Origin: an uncultured Chloroflexia bacterium
GTDB lineage: Bacteria; Chloroflexota; Limnocylindria; Limnocylindrales; CSP1-4
Direction: 5' to 3'
DNA: 64,000 bases
Assembly: GCA_963721765.1 (NCBI GenBank)
Contig: CAVRJP010000002.1
Coordinates: 112,474 to 176,473, forward strand
A program made the position numbers and the translations under genes. Of this stretch, positions 7,919 to 18,700 are shown piece by piece; positions within the stretch are counted from its first letter, which is position 1, and the number at the start of each line of letters is the position of its first letter. A model generated the notes under the pieces. The model did not search any database. It saw only the letters and a program-made list of their open reading frames with translations, and had not been told where the DNA came from.

Positions 7919-9610
7919 GTGGCCGCCGAGGGGGAGCTCGCGCCCGACCCGGCGTGGCGCCGCGCGGCGCTGCAGGCGCTTGCCGACGAGAAGTTCGACG
8001 TCCTCGTCGTCGGCGGCGGGATCGTCGGGGTCGGGGCCTTGCTGGATGCGACGAGCCGCGGGCTTCGGGCGGCCCTCGTCGAGCAGCGGGACATTGCGTC
8101 CGGGACTTCGGGCAGGTCGTCCCGGCTCATCCACGGCGGGCTCCGCTACCTGGAGCAGCTCCACTTCGGCCTCGTCCACGAGGCGCTCGCCGAGCGGGCC
8201 CGGCTGCTGCGACTCGCGCCCCACCTCGTGCGCCTGGAGCCGTTTCTCTTCCCGATCTACGGCATCCCGCTCGTCCACCAGGCGTTCTACGGCAGCGGCA
8301 TCTTCCTGTACGACCTGCTCGGCGCGCGGCGGGATGGTGGATTCTCGCGGCACCTCCGGCCGTCGAGCGCGCTCGACTACGCGCCCGACCTGCGGCGCAA
8401 GGGCCTGACCGGCGCGATCCTCTATCACGACGGGGTCGAGGACGATGCGCGACTGGCGCTGGCCGTCCTCCGGACGGCGATCGCGGGGGGCGCCGTCGCG
8501 GCGACCCGCGTCTTCGCCGAGAAGCCGCTGCTCGACGGCGAGCGGCTGATCGGGGCGTCCGTTCGCGACCTCGTGACGCAGACCGATTTCGAGATCCGCG
8601 CCGAGCGGGTCATCGATGCAACGGGCGTGTGGGCGGCCGACACGGAGGCGAGATTCGCCGCGCTCGAGGGCGCCGAACAATTCGTCCCGAGCCGCGGCTC
8701 GCACATCATCATCCGGCGCGATCGGCTACCCGTGGAGGGCGGGCTCACGCTGCGCACGAGGGGGCGCGTCGTGTTCATCATCCCGTGGCCGGGCCACTGG
8801 ATCATCGGCACGACCGACCACCCCGACTCACGCCCACCCGAGCGCGTCGCGGCGCCGATGCAGGACATCGACGAGCTCCTCGAGACGGTGAATCGGCGGA
8901 TCGACATCGGCCTGACGCGGGGCGACATCGTCGGCACGTACGCCGGGATGCGGCCGCTCGTCGGCGACCCGGGTGGGTCGACGGTCAAGGCGTCGCGCGA
9001 GCATCGGGTCGCTGCGGACGCGAGCGGCCTCGTCCGCATCTCCGGCGGCAAGTACACGACCTACCGGGTGATGGCGAAGGACGTCGTCGACGCGTCGCTC
9101 GGCCGGACCGAGGCACGGAAGCGCCGGTCGCGAACGGCGAACCTGCCGCTCGTCGGCGCCGCCCCGCAGTCGGAGCTCGACCAGGTCGCGGGCAGCCTCG
9201 AGCGGCCACTTCGGGATGCGGCCGCGGCCCGTGGCCAGACGCGGGTGACCTGGCCCGCCCGCGTCGCGCGCCGGCTCGCCGATCGGTTCGGGCGCGAGGC
9301 GACCGAGGTGATGCGCCTCGCGCGGGAGCTGGACCTCGCGATCCCGCTGGGCGAGCGCGTCGACCACCTCCAGGCCGAGGTCGCGTGGGCGGCGCGGCAC
9401 GAGCTCGCGCTCTCGCTCGATGACGTCCTCGCGCGCCGCATGCGCCTCGCGCAGGAGCTGCCCGATCGCGGTGCGGGGATCGCGCCTCGAGTCGCCGCGG
9501 TGCTCGGAGCGGAGCTCGGCTGGGACGAAACGCGCCAGGCCGCCGAGGTGGAGCTTTATCTCGACACGGCGCGGCGCGAGTACGGCCTGCCATGGGCGAC
9601 GAACGGCTGA
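7919..9610 (+). CDS. glpD: FAD-dependent glycerol-3-phosphate dehydrogenase
   Basis: FAD-binding fold [14 protein letters not shown] and GlpD-type motif [19 protein letters not shown]. 563 aa, immediately upstream of glpK. Confidence 0.9.
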   Translation: MAAEGELAPDPAWRRAALQALADEKFDVLVVGGGIVGVGALLDATSRGLRAALVEQRDIASGTSGRSSRLIHGGLRYLEQLHFGLVHEALAERARLLRLAPHLVRLEPFLFPIYGIPLVHQAFYGSGIFLYDLLGARRDGGFSRHLRPSSALDYAPDLRRKGLTGAILYHDGVEDDARLALAVLRTAIAGGAVAATRVFAEKPLLDGERLIGASVRDLVTQTDFEIRAERVIDATGVWAADTEARFAALEGAEQFVPSRGSHIIIRRDRLPVEGGLTLRTRGRVVFIIPWPGHWIIGTTDHPDSRPPERVAAPMQDIDELLETVNRRIDIGLTRGDIVGTYAGMRPLVGDPGGSTVKASREHRVAADASGLVRISGGKYTTYRVMAKDVVDASLGRTEARKRRSRTANLPLVGAAPQSELDQVAGSLERPLRDAAAARGQTRVTWPARVARRLADRFGREATEVMRLARELDLAIPLGERVDHLQAEVAWAARHELALSLDDVLARRMRLAQELPDRGAGIAPRVAAVLGAELGWDETRQAAEVELYLDTARREYGLPWATNG

Positions 9611-11139
9611 TCCTCGCCCTCGACCAGGGCACGACGTCGTCGCGCGCGATCGTCTTCGGGCGCGACGGTCGACCCGTCGCGAGCGCCCAGCAGGCCTTCG
9701 AGCAGCTGTTCCCGTCGCCGGGGCACGTCACCCACGATCCCGAGACGATCTGGCGAAGCCAGCTCGAGGTCGCGCAGCGCGTCGTCCAGGAGGTCGGCGG
9801 TGCGGATCGGATTGCCGCGATCGGGATCACGAATCAGCGCGAGACCACGATCGTCTGGGACCGCTCGACCGGCGAGCCCATCGCCGATGCCATCGTCTGG
9901 CAGAGCCGGATCACGGCCCCTGCCTGCGAGCGCCTCAGGATGGCCGGGCACGAGGCCATGTTCCGGGAGCGCACGGGCCTGCCCCTCGACGCGTACTTCA
10001 GCGGGCCGAAGATCGCGCATCTCCTCGATCTCGTGCCGGGCGCTCGCTCCCGTGCCGAACGGGGCGACCTCGCCTTCGGCACCGTGGACACGTTCCTGCT
10101 CTGGCGCCTGACGGGCGGCGCCGCAGGCGCGGGCGCGGTCCACGCGACCGACGTCTCGAACGCCAGCCGGACCCTCCTGTTCGACATCCACCGCCTCGCT
10201 TGGGACGACGAGCTGCTGGAGATCGTCGGCGTGCCCGCGGGCCTGCTGCCCGAGGTCCGCCCAACCTCGGGTGACTTTGCACAAAGCCATCCGGACGTCT
10301 TCGGCCGGCCGATCCCGATCGCTGCCCTCGCGGGGGATCAGCAAGCGGCGACGTTCGGCCAGGCGTGCTTCCAGCCCGGCGAGGCCAAGAACACGTACGG
10401 GACCGGAGCGTTCCTGCTGCTCAACACCGGCGCCTCGCCGACCGCGTCCGCGCACGGTCTCCTCTCGACGGTCGGCTGGCAGCTCGCGCCTTCGGCTCCC
10501 GCTACCTACGCGCTCGAAGGCTCCGTGTTCTCGGCCGGATCCGCCGTCCAATGGCTCCGCGATGGTCTTCGAGCGATCGCCGCGGCGCCCGACGTCGAAG
10601 CGCTCGCCGCGTCGGTCGACGACACCGGCGGCGTCTACCTCGTGCCCGCGTTCACCGGGCTCGGGGCACCGTACTGGGATCCCGACGCGCGCGGCACGAT
10701 CGTGGGCATCACCCGCGGCACCGGGCTCGCCGAGCTCGCCCGCGCGACCCTCGAATCGATCGCGTTCCAGGTCGCCGACGTCCTCGAGGCCATGGCCGCG
10801 GATTCCGGCGAGCAGATCCGAGCGCTGCGGGTCGACGGCGGGGCAGCGGCGAACGACCTGCTCCTCCAGCTGCAGGCGGACCTGCTCGGCGTGCCAGTCG
10901 AGCGTCCGGTCGTCGCCGAGACGACGGCGCTCGGCGCGGCGTACCTCGCCGGGCTCGCCGTCGGGTACTGGTCAGGGCTCGACGACGTGGCGTCGAACTG
11001 GGCGCTCCATCGCCGGTTCGAGCCCTCGATGTCCGACGACCGACGCCGTTCGATGCAGCGCGGCTGGCATCGGGCCGTGGAACGCTCGAGGGGTTGGATC
11101 GAAGGTGGTCAGGTGGCGAGCACGGCCGGCCGCGCCTGA
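9592..11139 (+). CDS. glpK: Glycerol kinase
   Basis: FGGY kinase motifs [28 protein letters not shown] and GDQQAA. It overlaps glpD by 19 nt. Confidence 0.92.
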   Translation: MGDERLILALDQGTTSSRAIVFGRDGRPVASAQQAFEQLFPSPGHVTHDPETIWRSQLEVAQRVVQEVGGADRIAAIGITNQRETTIVWDRSTGEPIADAIVWQSRITAPACERLRMAGHEAMFRERTGLPLDAYFSGPKIAHLLDLVPGARSRAERGDLAFGTVDTFLLWRLTGGAAGAGAVHATDVSNASRTLLFDIHRLAWDDELLEIVGVPAGLLPEVRPTSGDFAQSHPDVFGRPIPIAALAGDQQAATFGQACFQPGEAKNTYGTGAFLLLNTGASPTASAHGLLSTVGWQLAPSAPATYALEGSVFSAGSAVQWLRDGLRAIAAAPDVEALAASVDDTGGVYLVPAFTGLGAPYWDPDARGTIVGITRGTGLAELARATLESIAFQVADVLEAMAADSGEQIRALRVDGGAAANDLLLQLQADLLGVPVERPVVAETTALGAAYLAGLAVGYWSGLDDVASNWALHRRFEPSMSDDRRRSMQRGWHRAVERSRGWIEGGQVASTAGRA

Positions 11140-11248
11140 CCGCGAACATCTGCTCGACCATGCATGCCGATACGTGTACAGTCGTCGTCCGCCCGGTCGC
11201 TCCGTGATCGTCGTCCACACTCGCGAGCCTTCCCCCCGCGAGGCCCAC

Positions 11249-13159
11249 ATGCGCTCCTCACCCGCATTCCGACAACGGCGCGTCGCACGTCGATGGTTCG
11301 GGCTGGTCGTTGCCCTCGCCCTTGTCGGGAATGTCGTCGGGATCGCCGACGCAGCTGACGGCGGCCAGACCCCCGCCCAGGCCGAACGCCTTCGGCCTGG
11401 CACTGGCGAATGCGCCGGCTTTCTGGAGTCTATCGACGAGGTCCAGGGCGAGACCTACTGCACGCACGGGCCGGACAGCCTGACCCCGGCCGACGCCTTG
11501 CGTGGAGCGTCCCCAGCATCGGTCGTGGCCGCCGCTGCGGCAGTCGGCGACCTGCCGGGTATCCCGTGCTACTCGTCTGGCTCGGTGGTCAAGGTCTTCT
11601 ACCTCTATCAGAAAGGCACGTTGAACCGGTTCGCTCAGCGACTCCCGTACATCCGCGAGATCGTGGCCATCGCCGATGCGATCTACCAGGAGTCGGCGGC
11701 GCAGAAGAGCGCGATCCGCCATGTCCGCTGGAAGATGGGGCCCGGCTGCAAGCTTGCCGTGGTTCCTGTCGCCATCAAGATGAGCGTCTCGCTTGGTAAA
11801 GCAGAGTCGACGCTCCGCAGTCGCGGTCTGCTGGGCTCGACCGAGAATGGCATCGCATTCCGCGAGACGGGCTCCTCCTGCTATGGGCTCGGCGAGCTGC
11901 GCCGCGATGACCGCCCAAGCACCCGTCGCAACCTCAACAACAGGGGCGGCATGTTCTCCTGGATGCAGCTCGGACCGTGTCTGGCCCTGGATGCCGGCAG
12001 CCTTCGCATGGGCGAGATGGCCGCCCACGAGATCGCTCACACGCTCGGCGCTGTGCAATGGACCTCGCCGAACTCCTCGCGTCACGGCCACTGCGAGGAT
12101 GCTTACGACGTCATGTGCTACAAGGACGCCCCGAGCACACGCATTCGGATCGTGTGTTCCGAGATGCGGCCGCTGTTGCTCGATTGCGGCAAGAACGACT
12201 ACTTCAACCCGCGCCCGGCCGCTGGGTCGTACATCGCGAAGCACTGGAACATCGCCCGAAGCAAGTTCCTGGCGACGGCGGCGCCTGCCGCGTGGGACCG
12301 CCTCGCCCGACCCACGGTCGCGATCACGTCCCCGCCGAATGGATCGACGATCGCCGGCGACCTCACGATCAAGGCATCCGCGGCCGCACCGGCCGACGCG
12401 ATTCTGCAGGCGGTCGCGTTCTTCGTGAACGAAGACCAGGTGGAAGTGGACAGCACGAAGCCCTACGAGGCGACGATCTCGACCATCGGGCAGTTTGCGA
12501 ATGGCACGATCCTGGAGCTGACCGCCGCTGCGGTCGACACCTACGACCGCGTTGCCTTCTCCAGTCCGCTGTCCGTCACCGTGAACAACCCGGCGACGAC
12601 GCTGGCGATCACCACGCCTGCCCAGGGGGCAACCGTGAGCGGGACGATTCCCGTCAGCGCGCAGGTCACGGCAGCGCCGGGCACAGTCATCGAATTCGTC
12701 GAATTCCTGGCCGATGGCGAGTCGTTCGGCGGCACCTCGACCGCGCCCTATTCCGCGGACTACGACACGATGTTCGCCCTCGACGGAGCGACGATCGAGC
12801 TCGTGGCGGTGGCATACGACAACTTTGGCCGGTCGTTCCCGTCCGCGGCAGTCTCGGTCCACATCAGCAACCCGCAGCCGACGATCGCGATCACCTCGCC
12901 ATGGGACGACGCCGTCGTCGATGGTCCGTTCACGATCCAGGCCAATCCCCTGGCGCCGGGCTCGACCATCCTGCAGGTCTCGTTCTACGCGGATGGCTCG
13001 TGGATCGATTCGGCGTCGAGCAGCCCCTGGTCCGCGAGTGTCGATCCAGGCCAGCTCGGCTACGCGGCCGGTGACCCGATTGTCCTGACCGCGTGGCTCG
13101 AGGACAGCCTCGGTCGATTTGCAGAATCCCTGCCTGTCACGGTCACGTATCAGCCCTGA
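11249..13159 (+). CDS. Secreted zinc metalloprotease with three C-terminal Ig-like repeats
   Basis: ATG at 11249 in ORF 10271..13159. A signal peptide (RRWFGLVVALALVGNVVGIADA) is followed by HEIAHTLG (HExxHxxG) and a Cys/His-rich stretch. From about 12310 there are three ~95-aa repeats, each starting (P)T(V/L/I)AIT(S/T)P. Confidence 0.75.
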   Translation: MRSSPAFRQRRVARRWFGLVVALALVGNVVGIADAADGGQTPAQAERLRPGTGECAGFLESIDEVQGETYCTHGPDSLTPADALRGASPASVVAAAAAVGDLPGIPCYSSGSVVKVFYLYQKGTLNRFAQRLPYIREIVAIADAIYQESAAQKSAIRHVRWKMGPGCKLAVVPVAIKMSVSLGKAESTLRSRGLLGSTENGIAFRETGSSCYGLGELRRDDRPSTRRNLNNRGGMFSWMQLGPCLALDAGSLRMGEMAAHEIAHTLGAVQWTSPNSSRHGHCEDAYDVMCYKDAPSTRIRIVCSEMRPLLLDCGKNDYFNPRPAAGSYIAKHWNIARSKFLATAAPAAWDRLARPTVAITSPPNGSTIAGDLTIKASAAAPADAILQAVAFFVNEDQVEVDSTKPYEATISTIGQFANGTILELTAAAVDTYDRVAFSSPLSVTVNNPATTLAITTPAQGATVSGTIPVSAQVTAAPGTVIEFVEFLADGESFGGTSTAPYSADYDTMFALDGATIELVAVAYDNFGRSFPSAAVSVHISNPQPTIAITSPWDDAVVDGPFTIQANPLAPGSTILQVSFYADGSWIDSASSSPWSASVDPGQLGYAAGDPIVLTAWLEDSLGRFAESLPVTVTYQP

Positions 13160-13341
13160 TCGAGGCCCTGCCGAATCGAGGGGCTAGCCAAGGTTCTGAG
13201 AGTGGTTTATGCTCCGGCCGCCCAATGTCACGACACGGTCGTGACGGCAAATATTCGACGACCACCTCGAACCGGACTCCTCTCACGGCTGACGCGAGAC
13301 CCGAGCGGGGATCGCGGGCGGTCGAACCGAGAGGAGTTCTT

Positions 13342-13728
13342 TTGTACAGCGACAAGACACTGACCTGCGCGGACTGTGGCCAGCAGTTCGTTTTCACGGC
13401 ATCCGAGCAGGACTTTTACGCACAGCGTGGCTTCACCGAGCCACGCCGCTGCCCGACTGACCGAGCCGCCCGCAAGGCCGCCCGACAGTCGAGTGGCGCC
13501 GGCTACTCGTCGGGCTACGGCGATGCCGGCAGCTACGGCGGCAGCGGTGGCTACAGCTCCGGTGGTGGCTACAGCTCCGGTGGCGGCGGTGGTGGATACG
13601 ACCGCGGCCCCCGTGAGATGTTCAGCGCCACCTGCTCCAACTGCGGCAACGAGGCCAAGGTCCCGTTCCGCCCGACGAGCGGCAAGCCCGTCTACTGCTC
13701 CGACTGCTTCCGCACGATGCGGGGCTAG
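13342..13728 (+). CDS. CxxC-x17-CxxC zinc-ribbon protein with a Gly/Ser/Tyr low-complexity linker
   Basis: TTG at 13342 lies 5 nt after GAGGAG (13331-13336). Two CxxC-x17-CxxC modules (CADCGQQF..RRCPTDRA and CSNCGNEA..VYCSDCF) are separated by GYSSGYGDAGSYGGSGGYSSGGGYSSGGGGGGY. Confidence 0.8.
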   Translation: MYSDKTLTCADCGQQFVFTASEQDFYAQRGFTEPRRCPTDRAARKAARQSSGAGYSSGYGDAGSYGGSGGYSSGGGYSSGGGGGGYDRGPREMFSATCSNCGNEAKVPFRPTSGKPVYCSDCFRTMRG

Positions 13729-13767
13729 GCGACACACCCCCAGAAACTCTCAGCACTCCTCTCGGCA

Positions 13768-13790
13768 CGCGGACCGCACGAAGGTCCGCG
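13768..13790. terminator. Hairpin between convergent genes (candidate terminator)
   Basis: CGCGGACC (13768-13775) pairs with GGTCCGCG (13783-13790) across a 7-nt loop. It lies between the zinc-ribbon gene stop (13728) and the minus-strand stop at 13850. Confidence 0.35.
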
Positions 13791-13849
13791 GAACCAGAGC
13801 CAGTAAACCCAGGACCCGGGTCGTCAGCCGATCCGGGTTCTTCGATTCT

Positions 13850-14954
13850 TCAGGCCTTGACCAGCGCGAGCGCCTGGTCGAGGTCGCGCCAGAGATCCTC
13901 GACGTGCTCGAGGCCGACGCTCAATCGGATCAGCGTCTCCGGCGTGCCGGCGTCGCGCTCGGAGGCGTACCGCGCGCGCCGCTCCATCGACGACTCGACG
14001 GCGCCGAGGCTCGTCGCATGGACGATCAGCCGGCACCCCAGGCAGACGGCTTCCGCGTCCTCGCCGGAACCTTTCGTTTCGAACGAGATCATCGTCCCGG
14101 ACCCGGGATAGCGAACACGGCTGACGCGCGGGTGATCGGCCAGCCTCGCGACCAGCTCGCGGGCCGTTGCCGCGGCGCGTGCGTAGCGAGCCGGTAGCGT
14201 CCGCAGCCCGCGGAGGGCGAGGAAGGCCTCCAGGACGCCGGGGATCGCCCCTGTGTCGTGCCGACGCTTGACGAGCCGCTGGTGGAAGGTGGGATCGGCC
14301 GCGACGACGGCGCCGAGCACGAGGTCGGAGTGGCCGCCGATCAGCTTCGTGCCGGAGTGGAGGACGAGGTCGGCGCCGAGCGTGAGTGGCGTCTGTCCGA
14401 ATGGGGTCGCGAACGTGTTGTCGACGACGACCATCGCGTCGGCCTGTTTCGCGAGCGCGATCACGGCGGGGAGATCAACCACGTCGAGCATCGGGTTGGT
14501 CGGCGACTCCATCCAGACCAGCGCGGCGCCCGCGATCGTCCCGGCGAGCCCGTCGACGGTCAGCGCGGCGTGCGTCTCGAGCTCGATCTGGCCGCGTCGG
14601 ACGCGCTCCCGGAGCAGCCCGGTGACGCCGAAGTACGGGTGCGCCCTGGGCGATCACTCGAGCGCCGATCGGCAGCTCGTCGAGGATGGCCACGGTGGCT
14701 GCGAGGCCGGAGGCGAACGTGACGCAGTGGCCGTGCTCGAGCTCCCCCAGCGCCATCTCGAGCGCCTCCCAACCCGGGTTCCCATCGCGCCCGTACTCGA
14801 TCCCGCCGCCCTGGTGGAACGTGGACGCGGGCACGATCGGCGCGTTCAGGGGGTTTCCCGGTGCGCGGGCCGGCCGCCCGGCGACGACCGCGATCGTCTC
14901 GGGATGCAGTGATTGGTCGCCCGCGATTGGCTCCTTCGCCGTAGGGGATGTCAC
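13850..14954 (-). pseudogene. PLP-dependent cystathionine gamma-synthase/beta-lyase family (MetB-like), interrupted by a +1 frameshift
   Basis: The N-terminal part (GTG 14954; ...YGRDGNPGWEALEMALGELEHGHCVTFASGLAATVAILDELPIGARVIA) is in the frame of ORF 14475..15080. The continuation (RAHPYFGVTGLLRE...WMESPTNPMLDVVDL...HSGTKLIGGHSD) is in the frame of ORF 13850..14512. The switch is in CCCTGGG at 14644-14650. Span length is 3n+1. The start overlaps the plsY stop (GTGA). Confidence 0.8.
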
Positions 14955-15607
14955 GTGCGCCCCTGGGTGCGGCCTCCGCCGAGGAGTCCCAGGTCGAACT
15001 TGCGCTCCTTGCCGTGGAGCAGGCGGTCGATGTTGTCGGCGTGGGCGAGCCAGATCAGGATCGGCCCGACGAACGCCCACACGAGATAGGCCGGTTGCAC
15101 CCAGCCCGATGCGACCGCCCAGATGAGGAGCGTCGCGGGGAACATCGCCGCCGACCCGAGCAGCGAGCCGAGGGACACATAGCGCGTCGCGAGGATCGCG
15201 ATGAAGAACACCGGCGCGGCGAGGACCACGGCCAGCGGTTGGATCACGAGCATCGTGCCGACGCCCGTGCCGACGCCACGCCCGCCGGAGAAGCCAAGGA
15301 AGATCGAGCGGACGGAGCCGGCGACAGCAGCGGCGGCGACGATCACCTCGGCGAGCAAATCACCGTTGGTGAGGACGCGAGCCAGGAACACCGGCAGCGC
15401 GCCCTTGGCGAGATCGCCGGCGACGACGAGCGCCGCCCACTTCCGGCCGAGCGCGCGCAACGCGTTGGTTCCGCCAGTCCGACCCGAGCCGATCGTGCGC
15501 GGATCCGGCCCGCCGCTCAGCCGCGCGACGATGACGCCGACCGGGATCGAGCCCGCAAGGTACGCGACGACGACGAGGAACGCTCGAAGCAGCAGCGCCT
15601 GGTCCAC
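14951..15607 (-). CDS. plsY: Glycerol-3-phosphate acyltransferase PlsY
   Basis: 218-aa polytopic membrane protein with PlsY motifs GSIPVG, GSGRTGGTNALR and FSGGRGVGT. Confidence 0.88.
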   Translation of the reverse strand: MDQALLLRAFLVVVAYLAGSIPVGVIVARLSGGPDPRTIGSGRTGGTNALRALGRKWAALVVAGDLAKGALPVFLARVLTNGDLLAEVIVAAAAVAGSVRSIFLGFSGGRGVGTGVGTMLVIQPLAVVLAAPVFFIAILATRYVSLGSLLGSAAMFPATLLIWAVASGWVQPAYLVWAFVGPILIWLAHADNIDRLLHGKERKFDLGLLGGGRTQGRT

Positions 15608-15729
15608 GCATACCTCCCGACCACGGACGGGACGGGCACCGATGCGGGCGAGGATAGCATCGGTCGACGGCGTCCCGGCCCCTGCAGCGACGGTCGGTTG
15701 TGGCCGTCGCGCCGTATCCTCGGCGGGAC

Positions 15730-18700
15730 ATGTCCCTGATCGCGTGCCTCGCCTGCGGGACCCAGAACGATGCCGACCGGAGATTCTGCGTCGAGTGCGG
15801 CAATCGGCTTTCGAGCGGCTGCGCGGTGTGCGGCACGGTCAACCCGCCGGACGCGAAGTTCTGCGGGCAGTGCGGCAACAACCTTGCCGCGCCGGGCGGC
15901 CTTGCCGCGCCGGGTGAACGCGGAGCGCCGGGCGGCCTCGGTCTGCCGGGCGGCGTCGGTGCGCCGGCCCCGGTCGTCCCGGCGGCTCTCGCGGCCCCGA
16001 TCGCGGAACGCCGGCTCGTGTCCGTCGTGTTCGTCGACCTCGTCGGCTTCACGACGGCGTCGGAAGGCAGGGACGCCGAGGACACTCGCGACCTGCTGAC
16101 ACGCTACTACGACAGTGCGCGCGAGATCGTGAGCCGCTACGGCGGCACGATCGAGAAGTTCATCGGCGACGCCGTGATGGCCGTGTGGGGGACGCCGTCC
16201 GCCCACGAGGACGATGCGGAGCGGGCGGTCCGGGCGGCGCTCGAGCTCGTCAACGCCGTGCCCCGCATCGAGGGCGCGGGGCCGCTCCTCCAGGCTCGCG
16301 CGGGCGTGCTGACCGGCGAGGCTGCCGTGTCGATCGGCCTGGTCGGGCAGGGGATGATCGCCGGGGACCTCGTCAACACCGCGTCGCGGCTCCAGTCCGC
16401 GGCGAGGCCCGGGACGGTGCTCGTCGGCGAGGCGACCTACCGCGCCGCGTCGCGCGCCATCGCGTTCGAGCACGTCGGCGAAAAGGAGCTGAAGGGCAAG
16501 GAGCACACCGTCGAGGTCTGGGAGGCGGTGGGCGTCGTGGCCCGGCGTGGTGGCGAGGGCCGGTCCGCGATGCTCGAGCCGCCGTTCGTCGGCCGGGACG
16601 ACGAGCTCCAGCTGCTGAAGGACCTCTTCCACGCGACCGCTCGCGAGGGCAAGCCCCGCCTCGTGACCCTCGCGGGAGTCGCGGGCATCGGCAAGAGCCG
16701 GGTGCTGTGGGAGTTCGAGAAGTACCTCGACGGCGTCGTGGAGAACGTCTTCTGGCACGCGGGGCGGTCCCCGTCCTACGGCGAGGGCATCAGCTACTGG
16801 GCATTGGCGGAGATGGTCCGTGGTCGCGCCGGCATCGCCAAATCCGATGACCAGGCGACCGCGCGGGAGCGGGTCCGGGAGACGGTCGGCGGGTTCGTCG
16901 CCGACGAGGCGGAGCGGCGCTGGATCGAGCCCCGCCTCCTCGGCCTGCTCGGACTCGAGCCGCTGCCGGGTGAGAGCCGCGAGGAGCTCTTCGCCGCGTG
17001 GCGTACGTTCTTCGAGCGGATCGCCGACCAGTCACCGGTGATCCTCGGCTTCTGGGACCTTCAGTGGGCCGATCAGGGCATGCTCGACTTCGTCGAGCAC
17101 CTCCTCGCGTGGGCCCGCTCGTCGCCGATCCTGGTGTTCGCCGAGGCCCGCCCGGAGCTCTTCGATCGACGGCCCGATTGGGGTCGGGCGCAGCGCAGCG
17201 CCACGCTCATGCACCTCGGACCCCTGGCGGAGACGGACATGCGGGGGCTGCTGGCCGGCCTCGTGCCGGACCTCCCGCCGGAGCCCATGCGGCGGATCGT
17301 CGATCGCGCCGAGGGCGTGCCCCTGTATGCGGTCGAGACGTTGCGGATGCTGCTCGATCGAGGCGTCATCGAGGCCCGGGGCAGCCACTTCACGCTCAAC
17401 GGCGAGCTGCCCGAGCTCGTCGTTCCCGAAACGCTGCACGCGCTCATCGCCGCGCGCCTCGATTCGCTCCCGCCGGAGGAGCGAGGCCTCCTCGCGGACG
17501 GCTCGGTGCTCGGCCTCAGCTTCACCCTGCCGGCGCTGGTCGCCGTGGCGCATCTCCCGCCGGACACCGTCAACGACCTCGTGGACGCGCTGATCCGACG
17601 CGAGCTGCTGATCCACGACGTCGACCCGCGCTCGTCCGAGCGAGGCCAGCACCGCTTCCTCCAGGGCGTCGTCCGCGAGATCGCCTACCAGTCGCTCGCG
17701 AAGAAGAGCCGCCAGGCGAAGCACCTCGCCGCCGCGCGCCACTTCGAATCACTCGCCGAGGAGGACCTCGCCGTCGTACGGGCGTCGCACTACCTCGCCG
17801 CGTTCCAGGCAACGTCCCCCGGCCCGGAGGCGGATGCCCTCGCCGCCCAGGCGCGTGTCGCGCTCCGGGCGGCCGCGGATCGGGCCAGCGCGCTGCATGA
17901 CCTCGTCGGGGCGCTCGCGTCCCTGGAACAGGCGCTGCTCGTGACGCCGGATCCGGTGGAGCGGGCGTCGCTGCACGAGCGCGCGCTGGTCGTCGGCGGC
18001 GACGCTGCCGAGTTCGGGCGTGCCCTCGACCATGGCGAGCAGGCGGTCTCGCTGTACCAGGAGCGCGGCGATCGGCTGGGCGTCGTCCGGACGCGGGCCA
18101 GGCAGGCAACGGTCCATCACATGGAGCATCACGACCAGCTCGCCATCACGATGCTCAGAGAGCTCATCGCCGACGCCGCCGACCTCGGCCCGACGCCCGA
18201 GATCGCTCTCGCCCAGACCGAGCTCGCCCGGGCGCTGATGCTCTCGGGCTCGAGCGTGGAGGCCGTCGCGTGGTGCGACCGCGTGCTGGCACATCCTGAC
18301 GTCGCCGCGCCCGACGTGCTCCTCGAGGCGCTGATCACCAAGGGCACGGCCCTGCAGAATGACGGTCGGGTGGTGGAGGCCGAGGCGCTCCTCCGCGGCG
18401 CGATCGCGATCGCCGACGCGGGCACCAACCTCGCGGCCGGGCTGCGGGCTCGGAACAACCTCCGCGTCCTGGTCCAATGGACGGACCTGCGCCAGGCGCT
18501 CGCGCTGAGCCACGAGGTCCGTGACATCGCGCTCAAGTTCGGGGTGCGCTCGTGGGTGCTCCATGGGATCGCGTCGTCGATGGACGTGACCTACCGGCTC
18601 GGAGATTGGGAGCCCTTCGACGAGGCGACGAAGGCCGAGATCGCCAACGGCGGCGAGTTCTACGATGGCTGGTTCGAGCTCGAGTCGCACCGCCGGCAGA

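Noticed and set aside
12692-12706. GAATTC sites in general as markers of frameshifts
   Set aside because: Three further GAATTC sites (12692-12697, 12701-12706, 61084-61089) lie in ORFs that read through normally. The association holds for only a subset of sites and remains a hypothesis.
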